DNA from: the human T2T-CHM13v2.0 reference genome, Homo sapiens
Direction: 5' to 3' (one strand)
NCBI RefSeq assembly: GCF_009914755.1
Contig: NC_060925.1
Length of the DNA: 64,000 nt
In this document: piece by piece, positions 13,041 through 27,232 of the stretch
Layout of the letters: every line of letters starts with the position of its first letter
Position numbering within the stretch: position 1 is the first letter of the stretch
Program-made: the position numbers and the translations under genes
The notes under the pieces: generated by a model
Databases searched by the model: none
What the model was told of the DNA's origin: nothing
What the model saw: only the letters and a program-made list of their open reading frames with translations

Positions 13041-14793
13041 ACGCATCCAAGAATTTGTCTTATGTTCTAAGATCAAGAACCCTCAACGAACAAAGGTAAG
13101 TGATTCAGGCTTACATCATAACCCTTCCTAAGTTAAAAGGACAAGAGCATTTGTTCAATAAGGCCAGAACCTGAAATTACTGGCTTGTAATGAAAACGTT
13201 TTTAACCCTAAACAAGAATAAATTTCTTGACTAGAATATTTTTCTGATGCATCAAATGTCAAATATTCAATTATTCTGATGTATAAATACCAGAGATTCA
13301 CTGTATTGACCAGAGAATGCTATGAATCTACCCAAGATTCACAATACTTTTCAATTAAATTAAGCAATTTTTCCTTCTAAGACTTCCATTTCAGTTCTAA
13401 ATATGTGTTATCTCCATTCATCCTTGTCTCATAGGACAATGATCTTCATATTTTAGAGGTAGACAGCTTTACTCTTTGGTTTCTGTTAACAGGACATCTT
13501 GAATTTAATTGCCAATGTTATTTATAAATTATAACTGTAAGAGTGCTTTTCAGTATGATGAATATTCCATCATCTTTAATTTTTATGAGATGCTTAAAAT
13601 GAAGGGGGATGGGACAGTCTAGCTGCTCTTTTCCTCTCTTGCTACACCCTCTTCTGGAAAGACAATAAACAACATAAGCTTTTTCCTTTGTCTATATAAA
13701 CCTGCAGGTTCACAGACAGTGCCACTTGTCAACAGCTAAAGAGAAATAAGAAAAGAACTTCAGAAGGGGAAACATTCATAAAGAGCAAGAGCACACTGAG
13801 GTAAAAAAAAAAAATAATAATAAATAGAAGCTATTACAGCAGGAAAAAAAGAATAAAACATAAGTGCATACTAATATCAAGAACTACAAAGGTGGCAAAT
13901 TGAAATAATCTAAATACTGAATATTAATTTTTTTCTATGACCAAAATCATATTAAAGCTTACAAACCCAACCTAATGCCTAATGAACTCATTTAAGTTCA
14001 AAGTACATGAACGTAAAAGAAAGCTGAATATAAAGAGGCTATCTTGTGTTTTCAATACAATTTAAGTGTTATTATAGGAGCTGCCACATTTGTTCCCAAG
14101 TATCCCTTCATAAAATATCAGAGACAAGATGGAGGTTTTGTACTAATAAAGTAAAAGGTATACTTCCACCAGGTAAAAACTTTCTGGACCTAACAGCTTT
14201 AAAAATAAGATTGTACCAAAAGCTATCTTTATATAATGATGATGACTGGACCATCAAGAATATGCAACACTCCCTGTATATTATACTTCATCATATAAAG
14301 AAGGAACAGCTCTACTTTTAAAAGCCAGAGAAAATGTCTAGGTCTGCCTAGAACTGTCATGGCCTTAAAAATTTCATGGGGAAAAAAAAGAGTCAAAGTC
14401 TCATGGTTTTATTATGCAAAACTTCATGATTTCAAACCCACCAGAATCAAATAACTAAAAAATGAAAATGAAAATTACAAAGAGGCATTACTTATATCAC
14501 TTTTAAGATTGGCAAGGATGAAAAAGAGTAACAGTATCCCGTACTAGCAAGGCTGTGAGTAAGCAAGCAGTGTTCTTGTATAGGGTTGGTGGAGTGTAAA
14601 TGCAATATATATTAGAGCACAACCTGGCAACATATATAAAAATGTAAAATCTGTTTCTGCAACTTCATTTCTACTAATTTATCCTATGTAAAAACCAGTT
14701 TCATATGCAAAGATAGATGTATACTGATGTTCCCTACAGTGGAAAAAAATGGAAATACTTCAATAGCGTACCGGTTCATTAAATTTTAACGTT

Positions 14794-15585
14794 ACATGCA
14801 GCCAACAAGTGTATGAAAAAAAGCTCAACATCACTGATCATTAGAGAAATGCAAAGCAAAACCACAAAGAGATACCATCTCATAGCAGTCAGAATGGCTA
14901 TTATTAAAAACTCAAAAAATAACATGTTGGTGAGGTTGCAGAGAAAAAGGAACGCTTACAAACTGTTGGTCGGAGTGTAGGTTAGTTCAACCATTGTGGA
15001 AAACAGTGTGGCGATTCATCAAAGACCCACAAACAGAGCCACCATTTGACCCAGCAATCCCATTACGGACACATACCCAAAGGAATATAAATCATTTATC
15101 ATGAAGACACATGCACATCTATGTTCATCGCAGCACTATTCACAATAGAAAAAGCATGGACACCCTAAATGCCCATCAATGGTAGACTGAATTTTTAAAA
15201 TGTGGTACATATGCACTGGGGAATACTAAGCAGCCATAAAAAAGGAGATGGTATCCTTTGCAAGAACATGGATGGAACTGGAGGTCATTATCCTTAGTAA
15301 ACTAACATAGAATAGAAAACCAAACACCGCATGTTCTCACTTGTAAGGGAGGGCTACATAATGAGAACACATGGACACACGGAGAGGAACAACAGACACT
15401 GGGGCGCACTTGAAGGTGGAGGATGGGAGGAGGGAGAGGATCAGGAAAAACGACTACTGGGTACTAGGCTGAACACCTGGTGACAAAATAATCTGTACGA
15501 CAAACCCTCATGATACGAGTTTACCTATAAAACAGTCCTGCACATGTACCCCTGAACTTAAAATTAAAGTTTAAAAAAAAAAAAA
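14794..15585 (+). mobile_element. 5'-truncated older L1PA (ORF2 end, 3'UTR, polyA) nested in an L1ME fragment (~14460-15790)
   Basis: aagctcaacatcactgatcattagagaaatgc ... cacatgtacccctgaacttaaaattaaag-polyA. Confidence 0.9.
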
Positions 15586-16169
15586 GTTAACAAAGTTTAA
15601 CATGTTCATACAATGGAATAGTATACAACCATTAAAAATTATACGTGGTATGCATGTAGCTGTGTAAATACTAAATAAAGATATAAATGTGGACCCAACT
15701 GTTAACAGTGTTGGTCTCTAAGAAGTAAGGTTTCTAGGGTACTTGGATTTCTCATTTGTGCTTTTACTTACTTTAACTTTTCATAATGCACATAGTTTTT
15801 TTATAGACCCCAATAAACATTTCAAATGAGTGATAAAATGTATTAGCACAGTTGAAAATGCACATTTGCATGTATTATAGACAATGGCTTTTGTTGTGTT
15901 GAAGGATCAAGGGGACTTAGATGTATTAAAGGTAATGTGATGGCTGTCTATAGTCTGCTGTTGTTATTACCAAAGAGATTTCTAAAATACCCAAAATTGC
16001 CTTCTTAGGTGTACGGGTGAGGAAAGCGGCCAGCAATGTTTAAAGTATTACCTGAATGAGAATGCTATTGATCTTTGTGGTGGTGTGGGACGCCAAGGTA
16101 TGAATCTGGAATTTTCAAATGCCTCTGTGCTTTCCAGGTACTAAAAACATGAACTCTAAAATTACAGAC

Positions 16170-16370
16170 ACCTAGGTTAAGGATCAGTTCTACCACTGAC
16201 TAGCTATGTGGCTCTGGGCAAGTTCCTTCATCTTCCTAGGCCTCAGTCCTGTCTCCTGGAATACAGGGATAATAATAGTACGTACCCCCATAGAACTGTT
16301 GTGAAGATTTAAAATATAATATATGCAAGCCACAGTGCCTGGAATACAGCCAGTATTCAATGTTGGCTCT
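16170..16370 (+). mobile_element. MIR
   Basis: ctgggcaagtt ... cctcagt ... gggataataatagtac ... gttgtgaagatt. Confidence 0.75.
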
Positions 16371-17439
16371 TATCCTTCTCAAAGCACATCAAGTTTGCTT
16401 TTTCATTACTGATTACAAAGACCTCAGGAAATCAAAGTCTGGATTTTATTGCAAGCAAAATAGAAACAAGGGATATTAACTTCAGATCAGATAATAGAAA
16501 ACACCCAGCCTGTCAGTGAAGTTCATTTTCTTTCTAGAATAATGCTACCCATCCTAAGGGTAGTTCAGCTTTGTAGAGATAGAAGTCGTCACTGATTATC
16601 AATACCAACCCTCTGACTGTGTGAAAAGTATTAAAATACTACCAGTACCAAATGTGCACATGGAAGACTAATGAAGAGCAAAACCCAAATCTGCCTATTA
16701 AGCATAAATGGGAACTTAAGGGAAAATCTGAACAAAGTCTAATGAACAAATAAAATATAAATAGACAATGAAAAAAATATTGAAACTAGTCCCCAGGACA
16801 CTTCCACCATTCGACAGATTCAAATCAGCAAACATTTATTAAGCAATTCACTGCTCTCAAGAATGTTCAATTCTCGTGCAGGAGCCAAGACAAACCAATA
16901 AGTAACTGTGATAAAAGACAGGATGAGATGAGTGCTGGAAAAATTCCATAGGTGCCCGAAAGGGAGGTAGTACACTTCCTGCAGGGACAAGGGAAAACAA
17001 TAAAGCTACAGTGGGAATGGTTTTCAGGTATGAGTACAAACAAGATGGCCACAAATTAAGATTGATTCACCTAGCAAGTCTGAAGTAATGAGAATATGTT
17101 TTAATAAACTGCATGCACACATTTTATACTGTCTATTGAGAGTCTGTTTTATAAGAAATATAATGTTACGTGCTATAAGGGAACACAATAACATTTCTGA
17201 CATCTCCTAAGCTTTACAATCCAGCTGGGGAGCAAATTATGCATATTGTATTGTGAATTCCCCAAGGGCAACTGATGTGTCTTTTTTATCTTTCTATTCC
17301 CATCCTCTTGCACAATCCCTGCAACATCACTGGCACTAAATGTCTGGCAAATGAATAAATAAATAAGTGACTATAATACAAAGCAGAATATTATACGTGT
17401 CACTGATAATCCGTATTAGAGAAGTTTAAGAGAGGGACA

Positions 17440-17980
17440 GAAAGTAAGCAAGGAAGCTGCACTATTTCTGTCATCTAGCACTCACTCCTCATATTCCTCT
17501 GAAAATCATCCCTTCCTCATTATCTGTCTCTGTGATTCCTTGGAACAGACTCCCAGGGAGGACATGCGAGCTAAGGCAAGCACATAGAAATACTGCGTTC
17601 CCCTGGTTATAGCAATTGCTTCAAGAGTGCATACCTGCCCCAAGCCCCACCAGTGAAATACAATCACCACTAATCTTGGGGATTATGCTTAAGCAACAAA
17701 ATAATAAGTTACTTTTCCTGTTGAATTTGGAGCTGAGAGGATGAAAACCTAGAACTTTTGGCCACTGTCTTGCCACCCTAAGAAGAAAGGCTATCAGAGA
17801 ATCGAAGCAACTCACAGAAGGAAAGCCTAGCAATGGGGGGAGACCAGACCCTAATAATGTTGTTTGAGCCCCTGGCCTTAGCAATGCTAAAAGGAAGCAT
17901 TTTTCAGTCATAGCCAACAAATTCCTTTTGTGCTTCATTCAATGTGGGCTGGATTTTTCTGTCATGTGAAACTGTTTTCA
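17440..17980 (+). mobile_element. MLT1-type MaLR LTR, degenerate
   Basis: End motif gccaacaaattccttttgtgctt ... gggctggatttttctgtca. Confidence 0.55.
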
Positions 17981-18629
17981 TGAAAAGACTGAATTAGATT
18001 TCATCACTGAAAACTGCAGTGGGTTTTTAAATACAGAAGGAATTCAGGTGAAAAAAACTGTATAAACAATAAGTGAAGTAAGAAAACAGAAGACTACTTC
18101 TGTTACAATGATTTATATATATATATTTCAAGTTTAAGTTCAGATGAAGACTGAATAGAATGGGTTAGGGTTAGCTAAGTAGGCTGAGTATAGCAAATTG
18201 GACGGTTCATGCTTCACGAAGGGGTGGCTGCTACCCAGCTCAAGAAAATTACTGCGATGTGGAAACTGACCCAATATGGCCACAACTCCCAATTTTCCAA
18301 CAAAAAGCTCAATCTAGACTTTACAAGAACTGGCAGGAGTTAATAGCAAAAGAATGAGTTTATAGCAACATACAGAACCAATAAGCAAGTCTATGAGGCA
18401 GGATCCAGCAGTTAGCTTTGTGACTCAGAGGTTACTTAAATGGCCAAGAAAGTAAAATCAAATCCATACAAAAGGTATGTGGACCCAAGTAAAGGTTTCC
18501 TAAACACCACAAATATGTGGGTCTTCTACGGAACACTATATGACAAGAGAAAGAAGAGAGAATTGCGGATATACAGAAAAAGCAATGGAATGAATAGCTA
18601 CAGCACTGAGCTCCTAACACAACAATAGC

Positions 18630-19300
18630 TGAAGAGCAGACAGAGTCTATGCTCTCAAGTCAGGCTGCCTGAGTTCCTACCCAGGCTCTCCTACTTTGTT
18701 GTTCTGTGACTCCTTTGACCAAGTGTCCTCAAGTATAAAATTCTGCTAATAATAGTGCCTGCTTCACAGAGTTGCTGTGAGGAGTGCATGAGTTGATACT
18801 TATTGTGGTTGGCAGAATTTTAAGGTGGCCCCAAGATTCCTGCACCCCTGGAGTACACACTCTGTATAATAAATGAGTGCTGTTTTAAGCCACTAAGATC
18901 ATACATTCCTCCCTCAGTATTGACTCTAGCACCCCTGTGGATACCAAAATCCACAGGTGCTCAAGTCCCTTAGATTACATGGCATACTATGTGCATATAG
19001 CCTGTACCTATCCTCCTGTATACTTTAAATCTATACACTTATAATACCTAATATAATGTAAACACTATATAAATTAGTTGTTATACTCTTTTTTAAATTT
19101 TATATTATTTTTATTGTACTGTTATTTTTCATTTCAAACATATTTTATTTGTGGTGATTGAATCTATGAAGAACCCAAAGATACAGATGGCTGACTGTAG
19201 TAATTTATTATGCAGCAATAGAAAAATGTGTACAGCGATAAAGTACTTAGAACACAGCTTGACACATAGGAAGCCCTCAATAAATATCAGCTATTATTAT
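18630..19300. mobile_element. Nested MIR > MLT1 LTR remnant (18804-19234) > MER2 (18904-19197)
   Basis: MIR halves outside; MLT ends tgtggttggcagaat ... gcagcaatagaaaaatgtgtaca; MER2 gataccaaaatccacaggtgctcaagtccc with TA flanks. Confidence 0.75.
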
Positions 19301-21645
19301 TGGATTCTATTTAAGTGTACATTCTGGTACATTTAAAATAGCATTCTAATTACAAAAATTCAGTTTGTCCATATCATGTTTGCTAGCACAGAAGATGCAC
19401 AGGCAGACAGATGCATCCCAGTGATACAAAGAACTAGGGCAGGCAATTGACTAAAAAATACTTTCTACAACACGTGTATTGAGAGTGATTTTAAAGTGAT
19501 TTTGTAGAAGGAAACTAATTATTGTGTTCATCTACTTTAGACTGGAATCCAGTTGGAAATAAGTTCAGGATATTCAATGATAGTCTACTAACCTAAAAAC
19601 AAAATATAACATCACAAAGTTATTTGTAATACATATTGGGTCAACAAATACTTAGCAGAGAACAAAGCATAATAATTTTACTGGTAAATGAAATTATAGT
19701 TTTATGTATGTGATAGTATTAAATAAAGATACTATATTTCAGATGCTCGTAACTAAGAAAACAAGCCATAATACAAAATACATTTGCATGAACTCCTATA
19801 TAGCACACGTACAAAACAAATAGTATAAATCTGTATAAAGCAGGCAGCAAAATATAATGAACTTGAAGCCATTCCCATGGACATAGCCATAATACATATA
19901 GAAATTTATTTCAGTTTAAAAAACTAGTTCAAAGCACATTGTAAAAATAATAAACATGAAAGACTTTCAATGTAATGTGTACATATGCCATAAAAGTACA
20001 TATTTCTCTGAACATTAGTAAATGACCAGCAACTGAAAATATGATAAAAATAGACTTCAATGAATACATAAGCAGGAAAAAAAATAGAGAGGAAAAAGGT
20101 ATCATAAAGATTTTGATGTTTAGCCTCAAAGCCAAGTAAAGCAAGCCCAAAGCCTGAAAATCCACTTACTAGCACTGCTAGAGTTTGGAGTTTTCTCTTT
20201 ATCCCAAGCATTTATCCCATTAGCCACACAGTCACCATTATCTTTAAAATACACCCCCTGCAGCCTAATCGCTGTAGAACTCTTGACATTAAGTTTGAAC
20301 TTAATGTTCTGTCAATGCCTCTGCTGCTTTCTGAGCCATAGGCTACAAATTAATAACTTCATATGTAAAGAGGAAAAGCCCCATGATAAACCTCTGTGGG
20401 CTGCGGCTTGTTTGTTTTTAAAAACTACCAATGAGACATGAAACTTTCATCTTTGTTGAGATTTTTTATGTTCCTGCACTCCATCATTAAGAGCAGCCTT
20501 GCTTGCTACAGCCCACCAGGAACAACTAACATATACCTGCTTGGTCTTACACCCTGCAACAGGCACAGAAGATAGAAGCTAAATTCTCATACGATTACTT
20601 GGAATAAGGAGCATGTGTTACTTTACAATCTATTGCCTAACATAAGTCCCTTTTCCTGAGGTTGCCATAAGCTTACATGAGAAGGTGTCCTAAATCTCTC
20701 ACAGTAATGCTGAATCCGAAAGGGTTCGGAGCACTCATTTTGAGGAGCACAGACCTCATTCAGTGAAACAATGATTAAAGATTCTGTTTCATATTTTATT
20801 CTAAAATCTTACAAGAAGATACAGAATCGCTTCCAGAAAAATGTTGAACTCCAACAACAATTTAATAGAATTATAGAAAATCTCATTTCAACACAAGCCT
20901 CAGCAGAAGAGCTTCCTTGTTATCTTCAATGTAACACAAATCATCTTTTTAACATAAAATATTAGGAATCATGCTAATTTCACAGCTTTGTTACATTAGA
21001 AAAAAAAGTTAATGGTCAATTCAGGCTGCATCCATTTTATAATGTACAGATAAGGGGTATTTTCTCATAAATCTGCTTAAAAATGAATATTAAAGAGGGA
21101 TAACGTGACACCATGTCAAATAAACAAATAAGGATGATAAAGGAAATATAGCTATTTGAAGAAGATTATTTGAAATAACACATGGGCTTCCATAGTCATA
21201 TTTAGAGAAACATTCTAACTAAAGTCAGACTTTGTATTAATTACCACAGAATTCTTAATTACAAAATCTAACATGAAGGAATAAAAAAACATTTTAAGGT
21301 TCCTTTCTTCAAAAAGTACACAAAGTTAGCTTGTCCTACAATTTTCAGTCATTATCTTATCTTAATAAATGAGTATGATATTTAACAGCCCAACTCTCCT
21401 CTTTAATTTGCTCTTGATGTCTAATGGCAGCGTTCAACCATGACAAAGCAAAATTACTAAAGTTCTCACCTTCAAGTTTAGAAAGAGCTATTGTTGATAG
21501 GTGAGCCATGTACTCACACAACTTACAGTGGATTTGCTGAACTCTCTTGGTGGCACCACAAAATATATTTCTGCTCCTGTCTTCATTACAAATCAAAATT
21601 GAAGGCTTATACAAATTTAAGCTGCATTAAAAATATTCAACAGGA

Positions 21646-21923
<278 letters not shown>

Positions 21924-22340
21924 TCAAACTTTGTGCCATTTTTTCCCTTGAAATAAAAAAAAAATTAGAAACTGGGACAGATATATTTTTCCTATTTGAA
22001 TGCTCATGAATAAAACTATATTTTATACTCTAAAATTATAATACCTTAACAGCATGGTGGAACCACTAACAGATATGGCTTTTCAATGGATAGTCACTTT
22101 AGTACTTTAGTATAATACTTAAGAGATCACACAATACATAAAAATAAACCTCTATCTCCAATTTATTATGGTATAAGTATTACCAAAATTAAATTTGTAC
22201 ACCACTTTTAAGGTGTAATATTGTAAAACTCTGCACTACAAAGAATTAATTGAAGCAAACTCGCTCAGATAAGATCATTTTGACCTCTGTTCTTCACGCT
22301 AGACATTTTCATTACAGAACAAAACAGTCACAAGTTTACT

Positions 22341-22403
22341 AATCCTAAATGACTTGGCAAAGCCAATCCTAATGACAAGGATTTTGCCAAGTCATGTAGG
22401 ATT
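22341..22403. repeat. 63-nt inverted repeat (21-bp arms, one mismatch)
   Basis: aatcctaaatgacttggcaaa / tttgccaagtcatgtaggatt. Confidence 0.9.
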
Positions 22404-22899
22404 TAAGTGACTCTGTGGTTCCTGGTGAGATACAGTACTTCAAAACACACTGGCTGATCCTCAGACCAATGACCTGACATCAAGTCAGATGGAAGTAACT
22501 TTGAGTTTCAAACATAGGGGAGGATGGGTTTTTCTTAAGAATGAAAAAAAAAACAACTCAGCTTTTCATTCAGAGCAATATATTCTGAGAAACAACTTAT
22601 CATTTTGGTAAAAACAGGAGAAGCCTAATCACTCAGCTTCTACTCTGGAGTATAAAATAGTTTTCACACTTTTAGTCCACATGAAAAATCGCTCCGCTGA
22701 ATTTCTAATTGCTGTATTTAGTGCTGAATTTGTCCTTTTATATATTGGCCACCTCCTTTTTGAAACTCTCTTCTTTTATAGATCTCAAACCACCTGAGAT
22801 CCCAAATCCTGAGTCACCTTAAGTGGCTCTTTCTCTTCATGTCTTTCTAAAAATCCTTCTCAGTTTATTCTGAAAAGCAGAAAACAAAAAGCAAAATAA

Positions 22900-23267
<368 letters not shown>

Positions 23268-24411
23268 AAATTAGGGGATTCTTATCAGGAAGAGAAAGCA
23301 GCACGAGGAGGGCTCACAAAGGGAAGTGAGGCTCACTAGAACAGCCCCAGGCATAAATTGCAGGGGAAACCTGAAATCAACTGCTCCTAACCCAAAACAG
23401 GCACGTCCGTCAAGCATGAACCAGCAGCAAGAAGCTCCTTGGCATCCAGTCACAAGGATCTAATCTCAACTCCAGGTACCTCGGTAGCCTATTTGCAATG
23501 GTGACTGTTAAATTCTAGGAAGTCAGCACTGACTCTTCCACCTACAGTATCTTCCATTAAAGGCCAAATCAAATGATCTCCCCACTCCAAATCTCCATCT
23601 TAGGTCTCCGCATCACCATTATCGCAGTCTGCTGGAGAATACTGTGAGCACCTCCATGTACTGAACGTGGAAAGCAAGATTTACAAAAAGAAGGCAGCAC
23701 AGTTTTGCTTTCAACGAATCTTCAATATAACTATATTTATTTATATATTTCTTTCATTTATCCTACCAGACAGGGCGGAAATGAAGTCTTAATTATCCTT
23801 ATTTCTCCACATGGTGCTGTGAATAGAGTCAGTACAAATTTGTTGAACTGAAATTTATTAAACTGGTTCTTTCTGACCTAAAAGAGCCAAGTAAGAATCC
23901 CACTGCTTTGTTTTGGCCCTATTTGTCCACTTTTTCAATATGCCATAGAAATAAAAGGATGACAAGTCAAACCAATTTTCCCCCACTTCTTTACTGCAAA
24001 CAAATAATACTAAATATAATAATAATATAATACTAAATATCACAGTGATATAGAGAATGAGGGAGAGAGTTTCGTCCCAGAAGAAGGCCCTCCTAGCCGA
24101 CTACAACAGCAATCTCTAGAAAAACCCCCTACCAAACTGACAAATTCAAAACAGCAATACCATATGATACTTAAGAGGAAGAATGGTTCACATTTACAAT
24201 TTATGATAGCACAAAGGCACTCCAGAATTTTATGTTCAGTGTACTGAATAGAAAGCAGCTGTTAGGCAAAGCATGATTAAATGACTTCAATATGGGAGAA
24301 TTAATCACATTTTCTTATACTCGGGATTCTGCTGTCACTCAAAAATAAAGATGGAAAGGACTGTAAGGTCAGTATTTTTAAAAACAACATCAAAATGGGC
24401 ACCTAAACTAG

Positions 24412-24571
24412 TATCCATCTAAAAAATGTAAAATGACTCACAGGCCTAAGATAGTAAGATTTTATTATCCATCTAAAAAATGTAAAATTACTTATGTGCC
24501 TAAGATAGTAAGATTTTATTATCCATCTAAAAAATGAAAATTACTTATGTGCCTAAGATACTAAGATTTTA
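24412..24571. repeat. Tandem repeat, ~3 x 54 bp
   Basis: tatccatctaaaaaatg starts at 24412, 24466 and 24520. Confidence 0.95.
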
Positions 24572-26181
24572 AAAGCTTATTTGCACTAAAAGTTTTTAAG
24601 AAGCATCCGTTCTGTATTAATATAATTAGTAGAACATCAAAGGTGCCTCCAAAACCAATATGTATTTTTTAATTGTGAAAAAAAGTTTAATACTAGCAAT
24701 ACTAAAAAAAAGTTAAAAAAAGCTTAATTGTTAAAAAAAAGTTTAATTCTCATTTAATTTTCATTTCACAGACTAGGCTACAATTCTAGCAAAACAATGC
24801 ATTTATCAAAATACATGATCACATTATGCCATGGATGGGAAAACAGAAATATAAAATACATGCAGACAAGAAAATAAAAGCAGGCACTTGGATTATCATA
24901 CTCCTCCAGCCAGACGAAGGTATAGTGAACTAGAGAGTTCACCACAAACAGGAATAGAATAACCAAAAACTCCAATACATCAAACATGTCAGAACTGAAT
25001 GGCTGCCTGAAAATGAATGCCCCTGAAAACACTATCCTTACTTCCTCTGTTTACCAGGTAGAAAGTTTGAGGATTCTATTTTGTTTCTCATACTCTGTGT
25101 CTACTGTGGTCAATCAAAAAAATCTACTGAAGTTACCGGGCTTTGAAATTACATTCAGAAAAAAGCAAGCTGGACTGTGGGATAGGTATTTATCAATGAA
25201 ATGCTCCCAAGGACACTAATGAGGTTTTAGAAAAGAGGAAGCCACTTGCTGAGACATTGCCTTCACGGCCAAGAGTCTTTACTAGCCAATTCCATAGCAC
25301 TCTTCCTATGAATTATAATTTAGAAAGGCAGATCCCACCCAATTCTAGAAATATAAGTTCAAATAGGCCCTAAGAATCTGGTGAACTCCATTTAAAAAAT
25401 GATTTGTCTCTGCAAAAGAAAAAAGAAAAAGATTTAACTGACTGCAAATGAGCTTTACTTTATGGAATACCAGACACTACATGAGGAAATCTAGGTTTTT
25501 AAGACAGAGCAATGAGCTTGCCAAAATAAATCTTCTTCCACAAAAAGGTTCATAATAGAACCCTGTTAAACTCTAAATTTTCCTAGTTAATATAACCTGG
25601 TATATTATTTATAAACATTATAAGCAATGTTTTCAGGAAAAAAATTTGCTGTACAATACAGCACTGAATTCTATGTTTATCATTTTGCTATAAAGATAAT
25701 TAGAAGTAATTAGTAACTTGGCAGCTCCAATGAACAAGACCTGCTTTTTTCAGAAACCATTAATCCTTTGATTCTTCATAGAGGACAAGAGAAATCGGAG
25801 GCAAGTCTACCTGAAAAGAGAGAATGACACGAATAGACTGGAAGAAAAGAGCTCCAAAATGTCTGGAGGTGAGACACTGACATTCATTTTCAGCAGCCAT
25901 TCAATCCTGATGGACTGGAGCTTTTAGCTCTTCCCATTAGTGATGAAATGGCCAGCTTAAGATACTAGCACCTAACTGGAGGAGCAAAATAATGGAAGTT
26001 GCTGCCCTTTCTCTTACCCACTTATATTTTACACTTCTGCTTTCCCATTCCTGTCCTAATGGACATGTCTAAGAGAGTTGTGAAAGGTTTCCTAGAAAAG
26101 GCACCATGTTTAAACGAAATTTGCCAGGCAGAGCTGAAGAAACTGTACGAGCAAAGCTTGGAAGAAGAAAAGGAATCCTGA

Positions 26182-26515
<334 letters not shown>

Positions 26516-27159
26516 TAACAGTAAGGCTTTAAAGAGCCTACTCAACTAATACTGAAGACTGTTAGTAAATATGTGACCTATGGAATGATCACACTCTATA
26601 GAATGATCACACTGACTGAGAGCTCTATATTATTTTGTAATTGAAAACATGAGTTGTTTTCAAAAGAACTTTTAAATACCAAGATGATGCAAGTTTAAAC
26701 CTTCCTTGTCATGGAGAAAATGCCCTTCCACTCCAATAAACTAAAAGATAATTTTTAACTATACAGAACATAATGTCTTGTTTCCACAAAATGCTAAATA
26801 CTTTGCAAGATTCTCCTTGCTGACTCTGAGGTGGCAGAAAGTGACAAATATCATCCAAATCTTACTGATACAAGGAAAATATTTTCAGCACAAAAAAAAT
26901 CTTTGTAGCATCATCATTGCTCTAAAGAAAAGCTAGAAGCCTGCCATAATGATTAGCAAACTCATATAGATATCTCCAGGAAAGGATTTACAAAATGTCA
27001 TCACATCCTTGTAATCATCTAATTATCAAACTCAGCAGTGTTGACAAAGCACAAGCCCACTCAGCTACTGCTAATGATTATTATTCAAAGCTACATTTCT
27101 ACCAAATCAGAATAACTTACAGGTAGAAGCTCATTAGCCTTAGGAACCACCCTCCTTGA

Positions 27160-27232
27160 ACACTCACACGCACACGCACACGCGTGACACGCATACACAC
27201 ACGCGCACGCGCGCACACACACGCACACACAC
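27160..27232. repeat. Compound (CA)n/(CG)n microsatellite
   Basis: acacgcacacgcacacgcg ... cacgcgcacgcgcgcacacac. Confidence 0.9.

Noticed and set aside
16031-16140. Other acceptor/donor pairs (here, ~38952-39314, ~58364-58433, and plus-strand ~5311-5363)
   Set aside because: Moderate or weak sites at a density expected by chance; cannot be supported without transcript data
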